Shown: positions 38,966 to 50,627, counted from the first letter of the stretch. The stretch is 64,000 nucleotides of DNA from Rickettsiales bacterium (GCA_947442475.1 CANEVP010000003.1:17204-81203), one strand, 5' to 3'. Notes: generated from the sequence alone by a model not told the origin. Program-made: numbers and translations.

Positions 38966-39748
38966 TTAGAGATTTTTTTCAGTCATTTTCACCGCATCAA
39001 CAGTTCCAATGTGAAAATATTTTCCCGGCAATTCAACGCCGCGAATCCTTTGCATCAGACCATTTGCACCAACTGCCGCTTTGTAAAAATGCGACATTGA
39101 AAAACATTTTTCCGGCGCTTTTTGCAAAATTTTCGGATTGATAATTTGCAAACCAACAAAGGCATGAGTCATTTTTTTATCAGGAAATCTCAGCAAATTT
39201 TCGCCAGCAATATTGAAGTCGCCGCCACCGTGAACATTGCCTTCGTAGCCCAAATATTCTTCGGTTTTTTTCAGTCCCAACAAAATGTCGCAATCGCCGT
39301 TATTTTCTCCCATCGCGGCTCTAACGCGTCCGCTCGATCCCTCAAGGGATCCTGCTTCCCAAGCGTCACAAATGGTTTTAATGTCAGAAATTCCGCCAAC
39401 ATCTTGCCACAAAACATCGCCGTTAATTGCCAAAAGCGGTTCATCTAAATTGATTTTATCGCTGGCAAAAACAAGGCCGCCGCCGGTTTCAACTTTTTCA
39501 ACTTCGCGCGAAAAAATAATTTTCGAATTATTCAAATTTTTAATGTGCGCTTCAAGCTGGTCGGCAAGATAAAATCCGTTAATGATGATTTTTTTAATCT
39601 CAGAAATTTTGTCTAATTTCTCGATTGCGTAATCAATGATCGCCTTGTTTTTAATTGGCACCAATGGCTTGCATATCGCGTCAGTAAGAGGTCTCATGCG
39701 CTCGCCACGACCGGCAGCAAAAATGAAAGCTTGGGTAATTTTAGTCAT
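38966..39748 (-). CDS. Nucleotidyltransferase (MurU-like)
   Basis: [24 protein letters not shown]; likely start at 39748. Confidence 0.85.
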   Translation of the reverse strand: MTKITQAFIFAAGRGERMRPLTDAICKPLVPIKNKAIIDYAIEKLDKISEIKKIIINGFYLADQLEAHIKNLNNSKIIFSREVEKVETGGGLVFASDKINLDEPLLAINGDVLWQDVGGISDIKTICDAWEAGSLEGSSGRVRAAMGENNGDCDILLGLKKTEEYLGYEGNVHGGGDFNIAGENLLRFPDKKMTHAFVGLQIINPKILQKAPEKCFSMSHFYKAAVGANGLMQRIRGVELPGKYFHIGTVDAVKMTEKNL

Positions 39749-41507
39749 TATTTTCTGCAATATTTTCAATTAAAAAGCCGCCCACTTGCGCGTCCCACAG
39801 TTTTTTGTAAGTACCGTTTAAAGCAAGCAAATCTTGATGCGAGCCATCTTCAACAATTTTGCCTTCTGCAAAAACTAAAATACGATTCATGTCGGCAAGC
39901 GTTGAAAGCCGGTGCGCGATGACGATTGTGGTTTTATTTTTCATCAAATTTTGCAGCGATTCTTGAATCAAATTTTCGGTGATTGAATCAAGTTGGCTGG
40001 TTGCTTCGTCCAAAATTAAAATCGGGGCGTTTTTTAAGAAAGCCCGCGCAATAGCGATTCTCTGGCGCTGACCGCCCGATAATTTTACGCCGCGCTCGCC
40101 AACCAGAGAGTCGTATTATTCGGGTAGCGCTTCGATAAACTGATGCGCGTGAGCTTTTTTTGCGGCCTCGATGTAGTCGCCCTCAGAGCCGTAACAAATA
40201 TTTTCTTTTAAGCTGCGGTGAAAAAGCGAAGGATCTTGCGGAATCATGCCAATTGCGGCGCGAAGTGAGACTTGCGTCACTTTGGAAATGTCTTGATCGT
40301 CAATTAAAATGCGTCCGGAATTGACGTCAAAAAAACGCAAAATCAAATTTACGAAAGTGGTTTTGCCGCCACCTGAATGTCCAACTAAACCAACTTTTTC
40401 TCCCGATTTTATTAGCAAAGATTTGTTGCAAAAAAGCGGCTCAGAATTTTTAGCGTAAGCAAATCCGACATTTTCAAAAATGATTTCGCCGCGAGTTGCT
40501 CTAAGAATTTCGTCAGGCTCCACATCCTTGATTTGCAAAGGCTCATTGATGATCGACAAAGCTTGATTAATGGTGCCGACATCTTCCAAAAATCCGTTCA
40601 TTTCATTAGCCGACATCCACATTAAATGAATAATCCAATTGTTGATTGTGAACAGCAAAAGGAAGTCTCCCAGCGTCACTAAATTTTGCGCGTAAAGCCC
40701 AATCAAAGCGACAATGCAAAATATAAAATAGATCGAAAAAGTAATGGCGTGGAGAATGTAGAATTTGATTAAAAAAATATTTCTGCGTTTGGAAATTTTC
40801 GTGTAATCATCTTGCAAAGCCTTGATTCTGTTGCTTTCAAAGCGCGCGCCGTTGAAGAATCTAACGTTGGAAATATTGCTTAAAACATCGACCAAATTGC
40901 CCATGTTTTTGGTTTGCTGATCTGCCGTTGCAACTGAAAGTGGATCAACAATTTTCGCCGCTTTTAGCGCCATCAAAATGAAAATTGCTGCCCAAATAAT
41001 CAGGCCGAAAGCAAAAACTTTATGCACCGAAAATAGCACAACAAAAGCGATCGCCAAACTTAAAATTACGTTTAAGAAACTGTAAAGAATGCGCCCAAGC
41101 ATTGGTGGCGTGCAGCCCGCGAGGTCGCGAATTTTATTGGCGAGTGATCCTGAAAAATTATTTTGAAAAAAATTGTGCGAATGTTGCATCGCGTAATCCA
41201 TCGATTCGACGGTGATTTTTTTCTTCATCGCGGGCGTCAAATTCATCCAAGAAAAATCAGAAAGACGCCAAACTATTCCCGGCACGATAGTGAAAATAAT
41301 CAGCAATAGCGCGATTGGCCAGACTTCTGCGACAATATTTTCGCTAGGTGTCGTCGCCAGCTTGTAGATTAAAAGTTTTGAAATGTAAGGCCAAAGCGAA
41401 AGGTCGATCGCGTTGTAAAGCACCACAAAAAGATGCAGACCAACGTAAAATTTGAAGGGCTTAATTGAAGAAAGCAGAAAAGAAAAAGCGGTTTTTGGTT
41501 TTGTCAT
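39741..41507 (-). pseudogene. ABC exporter (fused TMD and NBD) interrupted by one in-frame TAA at 40116-40118
   Basis: [43 protein letters not shown] continues in the same frame after the stop. Confidence 0.85.
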
Positions 41508-41659
41508 TTTCTTCTGGTTTTTTCGTTTTTTGGCAAAAATTTCTAACCAACTTTAAGCATTGGGAGAGAAGGAATTGCAGATTATTTCTTGAATTTTCGC
41601 CTTAAGGCTAAAATTCACTAAAAAATGACAGCGCAACTTGCTGTAAAGAGAGTTTTTTC

Positions 41660-42520
41660 TTAAATGATATCCAGCCCGATATCTACCGCTCTTGCTGAAT
41701 GGGTAAGCGAACCAATTGAAATAAAATCAATTTTTAGCGCCGAATATTTTTTGATATTTTTCAAATTGACGCCGCCAGAAATTTCGATCTGAGCTTTTTT
41801 ATTAATTATTTTAATCGATTTATTGATCTCTGATATTGTCATGTTGTCGAGCATGATGATGTCGGGGCTTGATTTTACTGCCTCGGCAACTTGCACTGAA
41901 GTGTCGCACTCAACTTCAATTTTTAGTTTTTGTTTATTTTTTTTCGCCGCCTCAATTGCTTTTGTCACACTTCCAGCTGCCGCAATGTGATTGTCTTTTA
42001 TCAAAATCATGTCACTTAAATTGAAGCGATGATTTTTTCCACCACCAGCCACAACTGCATATTTTTCTAAGGCACGCAGGCTTGGCAGAGTTTTTCTGGT
42101 GTCTAAAATTTTAATTTTTTTATTAGCCAAAACTTGCACAAATTTTTGCGTCAAAGTTGCAACACCACTTAAATGTTGGATCAAATTTAGGATAACTCTT
42201 TCGGCAGCAAAAATTAATTTGGCATCGCCTTGGCCGCGCGCAATTGCTTTCTTGGGGCTTGCGGCGACTCCATCTTGGATCAAAATTTTTAGATCAAGTT
42301 TGGCATTTTTGAATTTTGGTGATTTTTTTAGGGCCGCAAAAACTTCTGAGATTATTTCTTCGCCGCAAAAAATAATTTCTTCGCGAGATCTGATTTCAAA
42401 AGCGATTTGGCTGTTTGCAGGAATAGTTAAATCAGAGGTAACGTCATCAAAAGCGCAATCTTCGCGCAAAGCATTTTCAACAATTTTGGTGATCTCTTTT
42501 TTTAAAGCTTCTTGCTGCAT
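41660..42520 (-). CDS. nadC: Quinolinate phosphoribosyltransferase
   Basis: AERVILN, DTRKT, HRFNLSD, IKDNH, IEVE, MLDN, SGG. Confidence 0.96.
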   Translation of the reverse strand: MQQEALKKEITKIVENALREDCAFDDVTSDLTIPANSQIAFEIRSREEIIFCGEEIISEVFAALKKSPKFKNAKLDLKILIQDGVAASPKKAIARGQGDAKLIFAAERVILNLIQHLSGVATLTQKFVQVLANKKIKILDTRKTLPSLRALEKYAVVAGGGKNHRFNLSDMILIKDNHIAAAGSVTKAIEAAKKNKQKLKIEVECDTSVQVAEAVKSSPDIIMLDNMTISEINKSIKIINKKAQIEISGGVNLKNIKKYSALKIDFISIGSLTHSARAVDIGLDII

Positions 42521-43260
42521 TTGCGTGGATCAAATTTTTGTTTTTGCAATTTTGCGAGGCGCGCATCGATGAAATGACGCATGAAATTTAACTCTTCCGG
42601 CTTGATTTGGCGCGCGCCGCTTTCGCTTTCTTTGATTAGAGCTTCAATAACCGCGAAGGCCATGCAGCCGTCACCCATTTCTTCGTGAATGAAAGCGGGC
42701 ATTTCTTTGGTCCAAAATGGCGCGCTTGGAGAATTATTTTTACTCAGCTTGTAAGCGATGTCTAGTGCGCGATTAATGTCATGCATGTTGTTTTTTGCGA
42801 TGTAGGTGGCTTGAAATAACCACCACCATTTTGTATCTAAATCTTTGGCGGCATGCTCATCAAGATAATCAACAACGTAGTGCACATCTTCTGTTCTTTG
42901 GGTTTGCGAATAATAATACGCCGCAATTGCTGGCACAAAATTTGATTTGGCGTTTAAGGTATCAAGCATTGTCATCCATTGATAGACGCGAGAATAATCG
43001 TAATTTTTTAGGGCGACAAATCCGGCAAAAACATCCCCCGAATTTTGCAGACGCGTTGCCAAAACGCGGAATAAAAATTCTTTGTCGCCGAGCGAAAGTG
43101 CTGAAACTAAATATTGATTTGGCACGGGCGGCACAATGTCGAAATGCGGTTTAAGATTTTCGGTTTCTCTCCAAAAAAAAAGCTGACAGATGAAGGTAGC
43201 GACAAAAAGCCAAAAGAAAATTTTGTGCGAATAAAGATGATAAAAGAGGCGCGGGCTCAT
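42502..43260 (-). CDS. Hypothetical membrane-anchored protein of the secretin/permease operon
   Basis: N-terminal TM segment, helical domain, abuts the permease gene. Confidence 0.7.
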   Translation of the reverse strand: MSPRLFYHLYSHKIFFWLFVATFICQLFFWRETENLKPHFDIVPPVPNQYLVSALSLGDKEFLFRVLATRLQNSGDVFAGFVALKNYDYSRVYQWMTMLDTLNAKSNFVPAIAAYYYSQTQRTEDVHYVVDYLDEHAAKDLDTKWWWLFQATYIAKNNMHDINRALDIAYKLSKNNSPSAPFWTKEMPAFIHEEMGDGCMAFAVIEALIKESESGARQIKPEELNFMRHFIDARLAKLQKQKFDPRKCSKKL

Positions 43261-44022
43261 TTAGAATTGCTTCTTTTTGAAGTCGTGAAAAGCCATGAAA
43301 ATCATGAGCGGAATGTAGATCAGAGATTGGATTAAAATGATTTTCAAATTGCTGAATTCAGAAACGCCGTAAGACAGCCACTCGCTTTGAGTGAAGAGAT
43401 CGAGACGCGGAAAAAGTGCCGAAAGAAATTTCAAACTAGCGCCGAGTAAATGGCTTTTTGCTTGGGCAATATCTTGGGGCAAATTGATCGCCAAAACGAA
43501 CATTCCCATTAAGCGCGAAATAATGTAAAAGCCAAATGACGCCATGATCGCCGAGAAAGAATTTTTCAAAATTAGCGAGGCAAGAAGCGAGAAAGAAATG
43601 ACGATCATTAGCTCAGAAAGTAGACTCGCTGACCAGATTAAAAGCCCTAATTTATTGGCCTTAGTTACGATTAAAATTGCCGCAAACAGTGGAATAAAAA
43701 TTAGAAAAGCGGCAACGAAAAATCCGATGATGTAGCTTAAAATAAACTTCTCACGCGAGATTGATTTAGAGATAATGAATTCAACTTCTTTATTTTCGAA
43801 AGCGCGCGCCACACTGAGGCAGACAAATAAAATCATGCCGATGGCAAGAATAGCCCTAGATGATCCGGCGATGTAGGCTGCGGTTGTTTGCTGCGCTTCA
43901 ACGAAAGAGGTTGATCCCAAAAAAATCGAAAGAGAAAAAGACGCAGCAAGCGTAATGAAAAGGCCGATATAGAGACGATCTCTAATACCGGCGAGAAGGA
44001 TATATTTTAGAATTGATTTCAT
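43261..44022 (-). CDS. ABC-2-type permease-like membrane protein
   Basis: About 6 TM segments, ISKSISREKFILS, LFPRLDLF. Confidence 0.75.
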   Translation of the reverse strand: MKSILKYILLAGIRDRLYIGLFITLAASFSLSIFLGSTSFVEAQQTTAAYIAGSSRAILAIGMILFVCLSVARAFENKEVEFIISKSISREKFILSYIIGFFVAAFLIFIPLFAAILIVTKANKLGLLIWSASLLSELMIVISFSLLASLILKNSFSAIMASFGFYIISRLMGMFVLAINLPQDIAQAKSHLLGASLKFLSALFPRLDLFTQSEWLSYGVSEFSNLKIILIQSLIYIPLMIFMAFHDFKKKQF

Positions 44023-44024
44023 GG

Positions 44025-45569
44025 CTAGTTATTGGTGCCGAAGAAACGACGTCTATTAGTATCAAATTTTTGCTGGAAGTCGCGATCAATTTTGCTAACC
44101 AAAGCGGGACCTTGTTTTACGATGGTTGCCTTGATGAAGATTACAGTTTCGATAATTTCAGTTTCTTTTGAAACCGATTTAAAGAACCAGCCCAAAATCG
44201 GAATTTCGCTTAAAAACGGAACCCCCGAATCATCATTCTTCGTGGTATCTTTCATTAGACCGCCAATAACAATAATGTTGCCACTTCTAACTTTGGCGAT
44301 GGTGTCGATTGTTCTTTTATTAACAACTGGAACCAGGTTTACTGCGCTTACCGCAGGATCTTGCACTGACTTGCTTAGCACAGAAAGTTGCGGCTTAACA
44401 CTCATTACAATTTGGCCAGTTCTTGTATTGATTGACGGCGTAATATCGAGCTGAACACCGACTTCTTCTTCTTGTTTTGTAGTAGTGATGTTTGACGTTG
44501 TGGTTGAGGCGGTTGCGGTGATTGTGCTTTGGTTTGAATCAATTTTAAAATAAACTAATTTATCGCCAAAATTGAGAGAGGCTTTTTGGTTATTCATGGC
44601 ATGAATTCTTGGACTAGAGATTGTGCGAGCACTGCCGAATGCTTCAAGCGCACTAACCGAGGCAATAAGATCTGAGTTAAAAAGCTCACTCGCTACGTAA
44701 GTGATTCCGCCGCCGGCTGTAAATCCGTTGGATGCTGTTAAAGAGTTTTTACTGCCAATCGTAGACCAGTTTATGCCGGTTTTGTAGCTTTCGCTGAGAG
44801 AAACCTCAACAACTTTAGCCTCAATTAAAACCTGAGCAGAAGCTGATTGTTCAACATCCGCCAAGTAGCTTTCAATCATTGCGTGCTCTTTATCGGTAGC
44901 AAAAACCGAAAGGAGGCCGGCAGATTTATTTGAAGAGATTGACGAGCTGCCCACTGGCGCCGACGAGCCATCTTCACTAGCTACAACAGCCGGAGTTGAA
45001 TTAGATAAAATGGCGCCGACGTTAGTTTCAACATCTGACCAAAGTTGACCATCAATCAAATAATCTACGAAATAATTTTTCATGTAAGGCGTGTCGCGCT
45101 CGAAATGCAAAACGCCATTTTCATAGGCGTAGCGCAAGTTTCCAAGAGTCGCGATGCGATCGATTACTTCTTTAAAAGGACGATTTTTAGCATTGATAAT
45201 TACGCCGCCAGAAATGCCTGGATCAAGATCAACGTCGATTTGCGCAACGCGTCCAAGCTCAATTAAAACGTCCTTCAAAGGCACTTGTTCAGTTACCGAA
45301 AATGACAGAGTTTTGCTGCCGCCAATTGTTGGTGGCGGTGGGGTCATGATTAATTTTGAAATGCTTGGGATTGGCGCTTCATCTTTTGCCGAGTCTTTTT
45401 TTTTGGCATTCTGTTTTTCTGGACTCTTCATCAAACTTTCTTTGATTTCTTTTCTGCTAAGTCCATTTTGAGTATCAAATGGATCTATCTTGCCCCGGTA
45501 GCATGAGAACTGCATAGATAGCAACGATAAGACCAGGATTTTTTTCAGGAGATTCTTGAATTTAAACAC
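44025..45569 (-). CDS. Secretin (T2SS/type IV pilus, MshL/GspD-like), probable lipoprotein
   Basis: QVLIEAKVVEV, ISSPRI, VIGGLM, GVPFLSEIPILGWFF, ETVIFIKATIV. Confidence 0.9.
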   Translation of the reverse strand: MFKFKNLLKKILVLSLLSMQFSCYRGKIDPFDTQNGLSRKEIKESLMKSPEKQNAKKKDSAKDEAPIPSISKLIMTPPPPTIGGSKTLSFSVTEQVPLKDVLIELGRVAQIDVDLDPGISGGVIINAKNRPFKEVIDRIATLGNLRYAYENGVLHFERDTPYMKNYFVDYLIDGQLWSDVETNVGAILSNSTPAVVASEDGSSAPVGSSSISSNKSAGLLSVFATDKEHAMIESYLADVEQSASAQVLIEAKVVEVSLSESYKTGINWSTIGSKNSLTASNGFTAGGGITYVASELFNSDLIASVSALEAFGSARTISSPRIHAMNNQKASLNFGDKLVYFKIDSNQSTITATASTTTSNITTTKQEEEVGVQLDITPSINTRTGQIVMSVKPQLSVLSKSVQDPAVSAVNLVPVVNKRTIDTIAKVRSGNIIVIGGLMKDTTKNDDSGVPFLSEIPILGWFFKSVSKETEIIETVIFIKATIVKQGPALVSKIDRDFQQKFDTNRRRFFGTNN

Positions 45570-45803
45570 GGAATTTTTCGTTAAATTAGATGTGAGATAT
45601 TTTACTAAGCAGATAGATCAAAAAGATTTTTTATTTGCGCAAGTTTTTTAATCAATCTTTACTCTGCAAAACTTTTCTGCTCAAAAAAATCTGTCTAGAA
45701 AAATTAACAAGATTGCTGCTTTCTTGATTTTACTAAAAGCAAATTTACGATCTCACGCACTTCTTTTTTTCGCACAAATTCTCCCAAAAAATTTCTAAAA
45801 AAA

Positions 45804-47081
45804 ATGCTCAAAGAATCGGATAAAATCTTTACCAATCTTTACGGTTTTCAGTCTGCAAATTTAGAGGCTGCAAAAAAAAGAGGGGACTGGTTGCAAACTA
45901 AAAATTTCCTCGATCAAGGCTCTGATTGGCTGATCCAACAAGTTAAAGATTCTGCGCTGCGCGGCCGCGGCGGCGCTGGTTTTCCAACCGGCATGAAATG
46001 GTCATTCGTGCCAAAAAAAGCAGATCCAAAAGAAGGCAAGCCTCATTATTTAGTAATTAATGCTGACGAATCTGAGCCGGGCACTTGCAAAGATCGCGAC
46101 ATCTTGCGCAACGACCCTCACAAACTTTTAGAAGGATGTTTACTCGCTTCTCGTGCCATCAATGCCAACACTTGCTACATTTACATTCGCGGAGAATATT
46201 ATAACGAAGCTGTAGCGCTGCAGCGGGCAATCGACGAAGCCTATGATGCAAAACTGATTGGCAAAAACGCCTGCCAAAGCGGATGGGATTTAGACATTTT
46301 TGTTCACCGCGGAGCTGGCGCTTACATTTGCGGCGAAGAAACTGCTTTGCTTGAAAGTCTCGAAGGAAACAAAGGTCAGCCTCGTCTGAAGCCTCCATTT
46401 CCTGCTTTAATTGGGCTTTACGGATGTCCGACAGTAATTAACAACGTTGAATCAATCGCCGTTGTTCCAGAAATTTTACGTCGCGGACCATCTTGGTTTG
46501 CAGGTTTGGGTCGCGAAAAAAATACCGGCACTAAAGTTTTTTGCATTTCTGGTCACGTTAACAAACCCTGCAACGTTGAAGAAGAAATGGGAATTTCTCT
46601 GCGCGAATTAATTGAAAAACATGCTGGAGGTGTCCGCGGCGGTTGGGATAATTTGCTTGCCATAATTCCCGGCGGCTCTTCTGTGCCAATGCTTAACAAA
46701 GAAGTTTGCGACACTGTGTTGATGGATTTCGATTCACTAAAAGCTGCAGGATCTGGTCTTGGAACTGCAGGCGTCATCGTCATGGATAAATCAACTGACG
46801 TAATTGCGGCAATTGCGCGCCTTTCGCATTTTTACAAACATGAATCTTGCGGCCAATGCACGCCTTGTCGTGAGGGCACAGGTTGGCTAATGCGCATCAT
46901 GGATCGCATGATTAAAGGCAAAGCAGAAGTGAAAGAAATCGACCAACTTTACAATCTCACCAAACAAATTGAAGGTCACACAATTTGCGCTTTGGGAGAC
47001 GCCGCCGCTTGGCCAGTTCAGGGTTTGATCAAAAATTTCCGCGGCGTGATGGAAGAGAGAATCGCAAAAAATAAATCATAA
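45804..47081 (+). CDS. nuoF: NADH-quinone oxidoreductase subunit F
   Basis: [42 protein letters not shown]. Confidence 0.98.
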   Translation: MLKESDKIFTNLYGFQSANLEAAKKRGDWLQTKNFLDQGSDWLIQQVKDSALRGRGGAGFPTGMKWSFVPKKADPKEGKPHYLVINADESEPGTCKDRDILRNDPHKLLEGCLLASRAINANTCYIYIRGEYYNEAVALQRAIDEAYDAKLIGKNACQSGWDLDIFVHRGAGAYICGEETALLESLEGNKGQPRLKPPFPALIGLYGCPTVINNVESIAVVPEILRRGPSWFAGLGREKNTGTKVFCISGHVNKPCNVEEEMGISLRELIEKHAGGVRGGWDNLLAIIPGGSSVPMLNKEVCDTVLMDFDSLKAAGSGLGTAGVIVMDKSTDVIAAIARLSHFYKHESCGQCTPCREGTGWLMRIMDRMIKGKAEVKEIDQLYNLTKQIEGHTICALGDAAAWPVQGLIKNFRGVMEERIAKNKS

Positions 47082-47395
47082 AATACATGCGAGCCTGACG
47101 AGATAATTCTGAAGCTAAAAATATAATTCTAAGTCCGAGAACAGCGCAAAAATAGTGCGAATTCGCCGAGACAATCTTTGGAAATTCAACAAGGATATGG
47201 AAAAAGGATCGACAGAAAAAAATCCACATTATTGGAAAAACTTATTGCGAAAGTATCGGAATTGCCTGTGTTCGCACTACCTCAAGATTAGTGGGTGCAT
47301 GCAAGCAGGGCGTTACATCTTTCTTAAAGATGATGGGTAATAATGGAGCGGTAAGTCTTGAGAGAGGGGAGGAGCCGGTAAATATTGAATAACTG

Positions 47396-48124
47396 ATGAA
47401 TGAAGCTCAGACACAATCTCCAGGCAAGTATGACTCAGCGATCATCGCTAGCATGGACACTCCGATGTTTTTATATGGTATGACTTGTGAGGATTTTATT
47501 AAATCTCTTCCGGACAAAGTTACGACCAAAGAAATTATCAACCTTGCCAACAGCTATTATGAAAGTGACTCGAACGCATTAGCCACAATTAATAAAGTCA
47601 CAATGAGTGACGAGGAAAGAAAAATTTTTATGCAAAATAGAAAAATATATCGCCTAGATTTCATTACCCTGGATCTCAAGGATTTAGGTAAGATTGATTA
47701 CCCTAAAATGTCGCAAGCTATTTTTTACAGTTCAATTATCGGTAGTATAAAACATCCGGATAAAGTGGAGAAAGAAGTTTCCGATAAAATTCAAAAGCTA
47801 CTAGATCCAGAAAAGAAAAGTCCGGTAAGTGTAAAAAGACTTGAGGAAGCTCTTGATAAGCATTTATCCAACATCCACTCGCAGCTGAAAAGTGAAGATA
47901 AGTTAGATAGCATGAGAGCCGTTTTATACAGCTATCAATTTATGTATGGCGGAGAAGTAAAGCCTATTGGCCTAGCAAACTTTACTGTACCAGCGCAACA
48001 CGAAGGAGAAGCTGTTAATGATTCTCCAGCTCCTGAGCAAACCACAGCTGTAAGCTCAGCTTCTGCGGTTAATTTAGAAACCGGCAGATTGAGTGCAGAA
48101 CAAAATAATTCACAATCCATGTAA
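47396..48124 (+). CDS. Hypothetical protein
   Basis: 242-aa ORF with a Ser/Thr/Ala-rich C-tail; TAATG overlap with ispDF. Confidence 0.65.
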   Translation: MNEAQTQSPGKYDSAIIASMDTPMFLYGMTCEDFIKSLPDKVTTKEIINLANSYYESDSNALATINKVTMSDEERKIFMQNRKIYRLDFITLDLKDLGKIDYPKMSQAIFYSSIIGSIKHPDKVEKEVSDKIQKLLDPEKKSPVSVKRLEEALDKHLSNIHSQLKSEDKLDSMRAVLYSYQFMYGGEVKPIGLANFTVPAQHEGEAVNDSPAPEQTTAVSSASAVNLETGRLSAEQNNSQSM

Positions 48125-49317
48125 TGAAAATTGTAGCACTAATCACCGCCTGCGGGCGCGGCAATCGCTTCAATAGCGACGATGGAATTCCTAAACAATA
48201 TTTGTCGCTCGCCGGAGTTCCGCTTTTGCGTCACACGATTTTAGCTTTTTTAAATCATCCAAAAATTGATGACGTAATTTGCGTTATTCATCCAGACGAT
48301 GTTGAGCTTTACGAAGAAGCAGCTTCCGGTCTTGATTTACTTAATCCGGTTTTTGGCAGTGATACTCGCCAAGCCTCAATTCGCTTTGGTTTGAAGGCTT
48401 TGCAAGAATATAACCCTACCAAAGTTTTAATTCATGATGGTGTGCGCCCTTTTGTTTCTAAGCGTGTTATTAATGGCATTTTAGAAAAATTAGAAACTCA
48501 TCCAGCCGTAATTCCGGCAGTTGCAGTTGAAGATACTCTTAAAAAATATTCTGACGGAAAAATTGAATGGACGCTGGAGCGCGAAAATTTATGGCGCGCA
48601 CAAACCCCGCAGGGCTTTATTTACAAAGATATTTTAGATTCTCACATCGCTTTCAAAGATTTACATTTCACCGATGATTCAGCGCTAAATGAATATGCCG
48701 GAATTCCGGTGGCAATTGTTCCAGGATCGCAAAATAATTTTAAAATCACTACCAAAGAAGACTTCGAACGCGCTCAGCGTATGGTTTTGATGTTGGTAAA
48801 AAATATAAAAGAAGAAAATCGTTGCGGCACTGGATTTGATGTTCACGCCTTTCGCAAACGTCTTGATGACGAAAGTAAATTCATCAGAATCTGCGGAATT
48901 GATATTGAATTTGATAAAAAAATCGACGCTCATTCTGATGGAGACGTTGGTATTCACGCCTCAATTGACGCGCTTTTAGGGGCAATTGGACAAGGTGACA
49001 TCGGAGAGCATTTTCCACCATCTGATGCGAAATGGAAAAATATCGATTCGCGCGAAATGCTAAAAATCATCAAGCATTTATTGGTAAAAAAAGGTGCGAC
49101 TATTTTGAATTTAGACATCACGATAATTTGTGAAAAACCAAAAATTTCTAAATTCAAAAAAGCGATGGAAGAAGAATTGGGAAAAGTTTTAGAAATCGAT
49201 AAAAGCCGCGTCAATGTTAAAGCTACAACTACTGAGAAACTTGGATTTTTAGGACGCGAAGAAGGAATTGCCGCACAAGCAATTGCTTCGGTTTGGATGA
49301 CGGTTTTAGAAAAATAA
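48124..49317 (+). CDS. ispDF: Bifunctional IspD/IspF
   Basis: IPKQY, IHDGVRP, AQTPQGF, TDD; GFDVH, AHSDGDV, GDIGEHFPP, KATTTEKLG. Confidence 0.96.
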   Translation: MKIVALITACGRGNRFNSDDGIPKQYLSLAGVPLLRHTILAFLNHPKIDDVICVIHPDDVELYEEAASGLDLLNPVFGSDTRQASIRFGLKALQEYNPTKVLIHDGVRPFVSKRVINGILEKLETHPAVIPAVAVEDTLKKYSDGKIEWTLERENLWRAQTPQGFIYKDILDSHIAFKDLHFTDDSALNEYAGIPVAIVPGSQNNFKITTKEDFERAQRMVLMLVKNIKEENRCGTGFDVHAFRKRLDDESKFIRICGIDIEFDKKIDAHSDGDVGIHASIDALLGAIGQGDIGEHFPPSDAKWKNIDSREMLKIIKHLLVKKGATILNLDITIICEKPKISKFKKAMEEELGKVLEIDKSRVNVKATTTEKLGFLGREEGIAAQAIASVWMTVLEK

Positions 49318-49332
49318 AAAATAATTTAAGAA

Positions 49333-50364
49333 TTATTTTCTTATCAACTTCATAACCAACTCAACATTTTCAATTGGTGTTTGAGGAATAATTCCGTGAC
49401 CCAAATTGAAGATAAAAGGATGGTCGCCAAAACTTTCTAAAATTTGCAAAACCTCTTTTTCAATTTCACTTTTCGAACCACAAGCCAACAAAATATTATC
49501 CAGATTTCCTTGCACCACTTGTCCTAAATTTTCTTGCAGATTTTTTTTAGCCCAGTTTTTTTCCAAAGTTTGATCTAGCGCTAAACCTTGCGATCCAACC
49601 TCGCGGGCGAATTCTTCATACATCGCGCCAATGCCACGCGGAAAACAAATCACCGGAATTTGCGGATGTATCTTCTTTAATTTGGAAACGATTTTTTTGG
49701 TTGGCTCAATCACCCATTTTCTTAATTGCTGTGGCGGTAAAACTCCGGCCCAAGAATCAAATAATTTTACTACGTTAGCTCCCGACTCAATTTGATGAGA
49801 CAAATAAGTGATAATACTTTGAGTTAAAATCTCGATTAGTTCGGCGAAGAATTTTTCATCACCAACTGCAGTTTTACGAGTTGTTTCAAAATTTTTTGAA
49901 CCGCCACCCTCAACCATGTAACAAGCTAAAGTCCATGGAGAACCAGAAAATCCAATTAGAGCAGTACTGGCATCTAACTTTGATTTAGTAAGCGACAGAG
50001 TCTCGAAAACCGGCTGTAAATGGTTTTTAATATTGTCTCTTTTGAGATTTTTTAAATCTGCACTATTGGAAATTTTTTGTAATTTCGGTCCTTCATTTTT
50101 TACAAATTCTACTTTTACGCCAAGGGCGTCTGGAATTACCAAGATATCTGAAAAAATAATCGCTGCGTCAAAACCAAATCGGCGAATTGGTTGAAGCGTG
50201 ACTTCTGAGGCGAGTTTTGGTGTGTAGCAAAGTTCTAAAAAGTTTTTTACATTAGAGCGAATTTCACGATACTCTGGTAAATATCTTCCAGCTTGTCTCA
50301 TTATCCAAATTGGTGGATTGGAAAATTTCTCTTTTTTGACAAGAGTATTAATTAATTTATTCAT
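49333..50364 (-). CDS. hemE: Uroporphyrinogen decarboxylase
   Basis: WIMRQAGRYLPEY, IIFSDIL, FDSW, QGNLD, FNLGHG. Confidence 0.97.
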   Translation of the reverse strand: MNKLINTLVKKEKFSNPPIWIMRQAGRYLPEYREIRSNVKNFLELCYTPKLASEVTLQPIRRFGFDAAIIFSDILVIPDALGVKVEFVKNEGPKLQKISNSADLKNLKRDNIKNHLQPVFETLSLTKSKLDASTALIGFSGSPWTLACYMVEGGGSKNFETTRKTAVGDEKFFAELIEILTQSIITYLSHQIESGANVVKLFDSWAGVLPPQQLRKWVIEPTKKIVSKLKKIHPQIPVICFPRGIGAMYEEFAREVGSQGLALDQTLEKNWAKKNLQENLGQVVQGNLDNILLACGSKSEIEKEVLQILESFGDHPFIFNLGHGIIPQTPIENVELVMKLIRK

Positions 50365-50627
50365 TTAAGAGATTAGTTAATTTTATTAGGGCTGTGAATT
50401 ACTTGATTAAAACTTTTTAACATTTTTATTAACAGATAAAAACTTCAAAAAGCCTTGAAAATGAAGGATTTGTAAAAGTTATTAACAGGTAAAATTTTTA
50501 ACAGAAAATTTTTCAACAGAAGTTAAAACTGTGGAAAAAATGTTAAAGTTTTTGATAAGTTTTTAACAAAGAAACGATTGGTGGAGAAGCGCAGAGTTAT
50601 TAACAATTTATTAACAGATTTTTTAAC
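50365..50627. other. Candidate chromosomal replication origin (oriC)
   Basis: AT-rich intergenic region upstream of hemE; nine co-oriented TT(A/T)T(T/C)AACA 9-mers; TGTGGAAAA (50530) is one mismatch from a DnaA box; TTAA-N7-TTAAC at 50600-50615. Confidence 0.65.

Noticed and set aside
40116..40118. Stop-codon reassignment or readthrough
   Set aside because: TAA ends many normal genes in the window and this is a single isolated case
47029..47340. Short ORFs between nuoF and the 242-aa orphan
   Set aside because: Non-ATG starts, no motifs and mutual overlap; coding status is unsupported
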